A DNA stretch of 64,000 bases, from the NCBI RefSeq assembly GCF_009914755.1, contig NC_060926.1; one strand, 5' to 3'. This DNA comes from the human T2T-CHM13v2.0 reference genome, Homo sapiens. Positions 56,461 to 64,000 of this stretch are shown in pieces. The notes beneath the pieces are model-generated. The model was not told the DNA's origin, searched no databases, and saw only the letters and a list, made by a program, of their open reading frames with translations. The position numbers and the translations under genes were made by a program. Position 1 is the stretch's first letter, and every line of letters begins with the position of its first letter.

Positions 56461-59400
56461 TTTTAAATCTGTAGTCCACTGAGTTGTTGATGACTCATAG
56501 TTCAGATTCCCATGCCTGACCTCCCAACAGCCTGGGAGGCGCAGATGTCCAAGCTGATCCGGGTGGAGCGCCACTTCCATGGTGAGGGGACTGCCCACTG
56601 GAGCAAGTGAGGGTGGCAGCTCAGGGTGGGGCATAGCAACCTCTCCTTGGCCCAGCACCCCTATCCCAGACCTCCTGACCTCTGAAAGCTGCAGAGTCCT
56701 CACAGGAAGAGGAAGGCAGGCCCAACTAGGAAGTGAGACTGCCTTTCCAAATACCTCCAGAGCCACAGAGGCTGTGCCCCTATTGCAGGTGGTGTGGTCA
56801 TCAGTGCAGCCCCATATAGGCCAAGGGTGAAATAGCCAATGCTCTCCCCTCCTCCAACAAAACCCAGGGCTTTGCTTCTCGTCTGCTCCCCTGCAAAAGT
56901 CCCACCCAGTGAGGAACTTTTCCTTTTGGAGCCACTCTCTGTCTCTGTCTCCGTCTCCATTCTAAGCCAGGGACTTCCTTGACACTGGGCCACCATTCAG
57001 GGAATGAAAGGTTCACAGGGAAGGCTTTCTGTCTCAGCTGGGGCCCCCAGATGCGAGGTCTCCCACAGAGTGCCAGGAGAGACCCCCTACCCATTCAGGA
57101 CTTGTGAAGGAAGTGCCTGAAGAGGGTTGTGAGATCATCTACTCAGCCCCCTCCTCCCCAGGCCACAAAGGAGGCAGGGTTGTGAGTGAGGGTGTGAGGA
57201 ATGCCGCCCAGCCCTCCAGGGGCATGCCCTTCCTCCTCTGTGCCTCAGAAACACGAACAGAAGTGCAGTCACATCACGGGTTGGGGTTGGGGTGGGGAGA
57301 CACCCGCAATCAGTTTGCAGTTTTGACAGTTACAGTGAACTGGACAGAGTAATGACTAAAATGACACCTTTTCTGTGACCCAAAGTGACTGGACTGTTAT
57401 TAAGAGTGACCAGAGAGGTCTGGGGACTTCTGCTAGATTTCTACCTGGCTGGGGAATAGCCAGCCCGACAGAGCCGGGACTGGGCCATGGGCCAGCGAGG
57501 CAGTTTCGCATTAGGTGGTCCAAGCTGTGGCTGCACTGAGAAGGTGGCATGGGAACTCCTAGGAGACCAGAGACGTAGAATGACAGAAACCTCACTTTCA
57601 GAGCTGGCAGGGAACTGAGGCTCAGACAGGGAGCAACTTGCCTGGGTCACCGGGTCTCCAGGGTCCAGTGAGCACTTCTGGCAGTGAGCAGATCATGCCC
57701 AGGCTTCTCCTTTCACCTAATCAGCCACACGAGATTTTGCTTGCACTAGAAGGCACACTGGGATCCTGAGTAGGCAGCCCTGCCCACCTGGCAGCTCTGG
57801 GCAAGGCTTGGTCCCTTCTCTCCCCCAACAGGAATGAAGGGACAGCTCAGGACCACTGGGAAGCTCACACCTCCTCTGGGTCTCCTTGTCAAAAACACAC
57901 CCTGCAGGTTCTGAGTCACGAGGTCCAGGGCAGGTTGAAGAACCCGCATTGCACTGCACACCCTCCACTGACTGGCTGAGACTTGGAGCGGACATCTCGA
58001 GGCCAGGCCACCCTCTTGATATTTTTATGGGGGATAGAATAGTGGGAACAGTTCTCAGGGAGAGGCTGGGGCAAGCAGCCAGGTGCTCTGAGGTTCTCAC
58101 AAGTCAGACCAGGGACCTCCTCTGTTCTGGAGAAAGTTCCCTGCTGTGCTAGCTAGGAGCCTCTCCTACAGGCACCAGGGAGTGGGGCAGGCCCCGCTTG
58201 GCCAGAATGGGATGGTGGCTGAGTTGGCCTTCTCTGACTGTGTCCACTGGCTCCTGGCTCTGTCCCTTCTCTGTAGCTATTTAGAGAGGGCTACTGCCTG
58301 ATCTTCCGTGTTTTCTCCTCTCTTCCTCTCTAAAGGGAGGAGAAGTGTTCTAGACAGAGATTTCACAGGGGTTTGGTGGAGAAGTGACTTTTCTGGTTTT
58401 TCAAGACCAGAGGCTGGCTTTGGTGAGGACTCAGTAACTTTGAGCTGCTCCCTGGAAACTGCTAAGTGTGATGATGGGGCTCATCTCCACAGGATTGTCA
58501 GACATGTGTCATCACACCTGAGCTATATTTTAAAAGATTGCCTTTTAGCTTTTCATAAGTCACTCCCCCACCTCACAGGGATGGGGCAATGCCAGAACTG
58601 GTGCAAAGGCACCCTTTCTGTCCCAGTGCTTTCAGAAGTGAGTAGGAAGCCCCACGATGCTGCTGCCAGCAGCGCTCACACTCAGGTCGGCCAGGGACAA
58701 GGGCTGAATTTTGCACCTATACTCGCCACACCAGCAGGCGAGGGGCAGAGCATATTGTGCTGCCAGCACAGACTAGCTCTGCACAGCCTTAGCAGTGGCT
58801 TGGCTTTGTCCTGGGCCCAGACACATTCTCCAGAGAAGGGGCTGGGAGTAGGGACTGGACCACCTGGGACCTGCCTTGACACAGGACAGAGCCAGCCAGA
58901 CTTGAACTAGAAGGGGCTGGGGGCTGACTTAAGCCACTCCAGGGCTTCCTCCTGGCCCCTCCAGTGTCAGTGCCGGACATGGTGCTTTGGACCAGCAGGC
59001 CTCAGGGACAGGTGCTGATAGGACACCCCAGAGGGTGTACCCTCCTGGTGTTGATGGGTGTGAGGACAGTGGGGGACTGTGCCCCTTGTCCTTGAAGCAG
59101 GAACGTTCTGGGGTGTGTGGCCAGCTCCTTCTCACAGCTTTCAGATTGTTCCCAAGGGCATGGAGCATGGAGCAGGTCCCTCGTGGTCTCTCATCAATTT
59201 GGAAGGCTCCAAATTGCCTTTGACACCCTGGTGAAAGGTTTGATACCCAGTGAGCTCCTAGCTGGGCATGAGCAGTGTAGCCATTTCCCTTCTTGGGGTC
59301 ATGAACGTGCCACACTCTGCTTCTCTGCAGCACTTCTCCCCAGGCTCTCTGCCGCTGCTACCTCATTCACAGCTAGTGTTCTATGCCAGGATTGGGTGAA

Positions 59401-60012
59401 TCATTTTAATGTACCCGGGCCCTGGGTCCTGCAAAACATATGTAGGAAATCAAAGGAAAGCCTGTCACCAGCCACAGCACCTCCGCAGCGGGAAGAGAAG
59501 GTGCAGGGTCGCACAGCCAGCCTCACTGACCTGCAGTTCCTGGCCACAGCCTCCAGTCCCTGTGAGAATGCAGTGGGCTGGGAGGGGAGGGGCTGGAAGG
59601 GCAGGGGGAGGAGACAGAAAGTGAAGGTCCCAGAACCAACTTGGAGGGAGGCCCACGGGGGGCCCGGGAGGTGGGCACTCCAGGAATAGGGCCACGGGGA
59701 AGGACAGAAGATGACGTTCCCTGACCTGTCAGTGGAGTGGGGCGGGTGGGGTCTGCATGGCAGCCCCTCCCTCTTCTTCAGACTGAACTACAGGCCTGCA
59801 TCTGCCGAAGAGGGAGCGGGATCCTTTGGCATTTCATCTTGTGCTGTATGTGTCTTAAACACAAACCTTGCTATTGTTTTCCTCTGAAGAAACAGAGGAT
59901 ATTGAGACTCATTGTTTCAGTGGCGGGCCAGGGAGGGAGAAGCCGGCTGGGAGTGGCCTAAAGACTAAGTGGTTATTCGCCACTTAGTTAACATGGAGGA
60001 GGCTCCATGTTA

Positions 60013-60290
60013 ACGCGCCTGTAATCCTGGCACTCTGGGAGGTCAAGGTGAGAGGATCACTTGAGGTCAGGAGTTTGAGATCAGCCTGGGCAACATAGCA
60101 AGACCCCATTTCTACAAAAAATGTAAACAATTAGCCAACTATGATGGCTTGCACCCATAGTCCCAGCTACTCAGGAGGCTGGGATGGGAGGATTGCTTGA
60201 GCCTGGAGGTCAAGGCTGTAGTGAGCTGTGATCGCATCACTGCCCTCCAGTGTGGGTGACAGAGTGAGAACCTGTCATCAAAACAAAAAT
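60013..60290 (+). mobile_element. AluJ-like element with a disrupted 5' end
   Basis: CGCGCCTGTAATCC...GGATTGCTTGAGCC...GACAGAGTGAGA...A-rich end. Confidence 0.9.
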
Positions 60291-62167
60291 CTCATGGCCA
60301 TTTCCAAAGCTGACCCTAGACACAAGAGGTAACTGTCACACCCATGGGGGCCTGGATCTGGGCCTCAGCCAGCTCATCAAAGGAGCACCCGGCAGCTGTG
60401 GGAACGTGGGCAGGTAACTGTGCCTCAGTTTCTGCATCAGTAAAATTTGGACATAGCAGCACCTGCCTCACATAGCTACTGCCCCATAGCTATCAAGTGC
60501 TGTTATTATTAGTTGACTAATAATTTAAGCATCTGCTCTGAAACCAACTGGCCGACCTGTGCCGATGGCAGGGTCCGCAAGGCCCGCCCCCATCACCTTT
60601 GCCATAGGTGCCCTCTGTTCCATTCTCAGGCAGGTGCTGCATGAGGATTGGGATTGGGCCAGGCTGTGGAGGGCACACTTGACTTTTCCCTGGAGTCACC
60701 GAGTCCTGCACAGACACCACCTTCCTGGGGCCTTCCCAGTGGCTCTCCTCTCACCAAGAAGGAACAACTGAGGGCAGAGGTCAGTGTGTCCTCAGCTAAG
60801 AGCTTGATGGAGCAGCCAAGGGGTGGAGGACAGTGTGGCAGCCCCAGCCTGCCTTCTGCCCAGGGAGCAGGCTGCTTTCTAAGCCTCTCTGCATCACCCT
60901 GCCAGCCTGGTGCCAAGATGGGCAGGCAGAGCTTTGTGGATTCTGAGTGTGACACATAGCTACATCTGCCCGCAGGCGTAGGAATGAATTATCAGCAGGC
61001 TCAGATTAAAGCTTTCAAAAGCGATTTGTCATCAGTGTCAGTGTGTCGGCTGTATGCAAGGGCATCAGTTCAGGGAGGGGGCAGCCTCTGGCAAAAACCT
61101 GTGCCCTCACCTCCCCCAGCCTCCATCCTGGCCCCCAGCTGCTTGGCAGGAGGGCATAGTTGGATTGAGGGGCCTGGCAGGAAAGGAACCGCCGAGCTTA
61201 TGGGTCTCAGGACTATTTCTAAAACCAGCCACAGACCTCCTTCATCTCCATCTGTGGTCAGGTTGGGGGCAGCAGTGGGAATGCTTCTTTGTTGGAGGTG
61301 ACCCTTTAGGCCCGAGCTAACCCATCCCCTCCACCGGGAAGCCCACCCTTCTAGCACCCTTTCCTGGCACTCAGAGCACATCCTGCAGACCTTTGCTTAT
61401 TGTCTGTCTCGTGCCTACACCCTAAGTCTGCCCACATCCCTGGCACAGATCAAGAACTCTGAAACATTTGTTCTCAGCAAGCATCGGTAGGGAAGGGGCT
61501 CGGGTCTCCTCTCTCACCTACCTAACACTGATGAATCATAAGATGAGTCCTTGACCTCAAAGGCGGACAGAGGGTGAAACTGACAAAGGCTGCCAGTCCC
61601 CAAGAGACTCTGGGAGTTCCATCTCCCTTGGACCCTCCCAGACCCTGGGCGGGCAGCCTTCTGTCGCCTCTGGCAGGTGTACACCTGTTTTGTTGGTTTG
61701 TTCACATTACTAACCTACCTGGTGACTCCCATAAATCCCTTTTGTTTTTCTTGCATTTAAGCCACTCCTGTCTGGTCCAGCATTTCCACGGATTTTGCCT
61801 TTTACAGGTGGCTTACCCAGTATTTTCACAGAACCTCTTGGTTTCTGTTTATCCTGCTGGGTAAGGCCAGCAGGTGTAGATGTGGTAGGCAGAATTTTCC
61901 ATTCAAATGAAGACATGCCTATCAGAAAGCCCCTAGATTTGTGGATCTGAGAGGAGTTTTTGTGCATTCAGGAACTAGTGACCATCCTCTAGCTCATGAG
62001 GGAGGTGGGTGTTAAGTCAGCAGTCACTTTGTCCTGCTGGCAGCGTGTGCTATGGGAGAGGCTTCCCTGGGGCTCAAGGGGGGTGAGATTGCAAGCCTGA
62101 ACAGGGGGCTCTTCCCAGTCCAACTTGCCTTGTTAATATAAACTATGGCCCTCCACTCAGCTCTTAG

Positions 62168-62468
<301 letters not shown>

Positions 62469-63104
62469 AACAGCTCTTCGATCTTTTAATCCCAAATCTC
62501 TATCCCCTTCTTCACAAACTGATCCAAACCCGCTGAGTCCTGCTCTTGCCTTCAGATTAGATAAGGAACACTGTCTAAGGCTAGCTGGGGGTGATGATGG
62601 CATGAGGGGTCCCTCTGGGAGGAAGAAGCCTGCTAATGAAGAGGCCAGGAGGGGAGAGTGACTGGTGTAGGTAAACCAAGTCAGGTCCCAGCCCCGCTCC
62701 CAGGGTTCTCTTTGGTAGCAGTCCCAGGGGTCAGACTCCCAATAATCTGCCTTTTCAGTTGATGCAGGGAGAGGGTCACCACCCAGAGAATCTCGGACCC
62801 CTCCCCCGATCTCTCCTCATGGGCTCAGGTGGGGATCTTGTGCCAACTACCGGGCTCTGTACCTGTCCTGTGTGACGTTTGGTATCTGGTCACCATTGCT
62901 CAGACACTGACACTTTCACCAGGCCTGAATCCACCCTTGGTGGACCCAGAACTGCTCCAGTGGGGACTGTGGCAAGACTGCATGAGAGAGGAGAGGAAGG
63001 GAGAGATGGGCTACGTTCATTAAAGTGTGTCTTTGAATGAGATCCATTTCCCTGGGTGTGCCTGCCTTAGTGTTGACCATGCCACTGTCAGCATCTGTTA
63101 AATG

Positions 63105-64000
63105 CGTGAGTGAATGAATGAATGAATGACCAAGTGAGTGAGTCAGTGAGTGAGTAAGAGAGTGAGTGACTGAGTGACTAACTGAGTGACTGAGTGAGTG
63201 AGTGACTGAGTGAGTGACCAAGTGAGTGAGTGAGTGGCTGAGTGAGTGACCGAGTGAGTGACTGAGTGAGTGAGTGACTGAGTGAGTGACTGAGTGACTG
63301 AGTGTGTGAGTGAGTGACTTAGTGACTGAGTGAGTGACTGAATGGGTGAGTGAGTGAGTGAGTGACTGAGTGACTGAGTGAGTAACTGAGTGGGTGAGTG
63401 AGTGACTGAGTGAGTGACTGAGTGACTGAGTAGGTGAGTGACTGAGTGAGTGACTGAGTGACTGAGTGACCGAGTGAGTGAGTGACTGAGTGAGTGAATG
63501 AGTGACTGAGTTACTGAGTGAGTGAATGAGTGACTGAGTGGGTGAGTGAGTGACTGAGTGGGTGAGTGACTGAGTGGGTGAGTGAATGAGTGAGTGAGTG
63601 GGTGAGTGAGTGACTGAGTGGGTGAGTGAGTGAGTGAGTGACTGAGTGAGTAACTGAGTGGGTGAGTGAGTGACTGAGTGAGTGACTGAGTGACTGAGTA
63701 GGTGAGTGACTGAGTGACTGAGTGACCAAGTGAGTGAGTGACTGAGTGAGTGAATGAGTGACTGAGTGGGTGAGTGAGTGACTGACTGGGTGAATGACTG
63801 ATGGGTGAGTGAATGAGTGAGTGAGTGGCTGAGTGAGTGACTGAGTGGGTGAGTGAGTGACTGAGTGAGTGAGTGACTGAGTGATTGACTGAGTGAGTGA
63901 GTGACTGAGTGAGTGACTGAGTGGGTGAGTGAGTGACTGAGTGACTGAGTGAGTGACTGAGTGACTAACTGAGTGACTGAGTGACTGAGTGAGTGACTGA
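63105..64000. repeat. Compound (GAGT)/(GACT) tandem repeat in MAL intron 1, at least 895 bp, running off the window end
   Basis: Directly visible GAGTGAGTGACT-type units, starting from a (TGAA)n stretch. Confidence 0.98.

Noticed and set aside
62916-63729. Ser/His/Thr/Leu repetitive ORFs on the minus strand
   Set aside because: They are translations of the GAGT/GACT tandem repeat.

Overview
This is mammalian, almost certainly human, genomic DNA. It contains exon 1 of MAL (myelin and lymphocyte protein, known to map to 2q11.1): ATG at 52294, MAPAAATGGSTLPSGFSVFTTLPDLLFIFEF, then the donor GTGAGT at 52387, inside a CpG-island promoter with GC boxes. About 52 kb of repeat-rich upstream DNA precedes it and about 11.6 kb of intron 1 follows. 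No other host protein-coding gene is supportable; the long ORFs come from tandem repeats, GC-rich DNA, Alu or L1. Other content includes many Alus, L1 fragments, MaLR/ERV LTRs, DNA-transposon relics and a full-length 7SL (SRP RNA) retropseudogene. There is also a deleted ERVL-class provirus with a tRNA-Ser-type primer binding site and pol relic, an orphan CpG-rich island at about 24.6-25.2 kb, and three larger tandem repeats. The most unusual structures are a gap-free 139-bp inverted duplication with an identity gradient (14365-14773), a twin-hairpin insert in an Alu 5' end (59964-60014), a self-templated insert in an L1 3'UTR, an old 16-bp minisatellite split by an MLT1 LTR, a 53-bp triplication with a separate inverted copy, and an intronic array of GTGAGT splice-donor-like motifs. 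I found no evidence of a new multi-gene system. Repeat subfamily calls are from memory of consensus sequences and most repeat boundaries are approximate.
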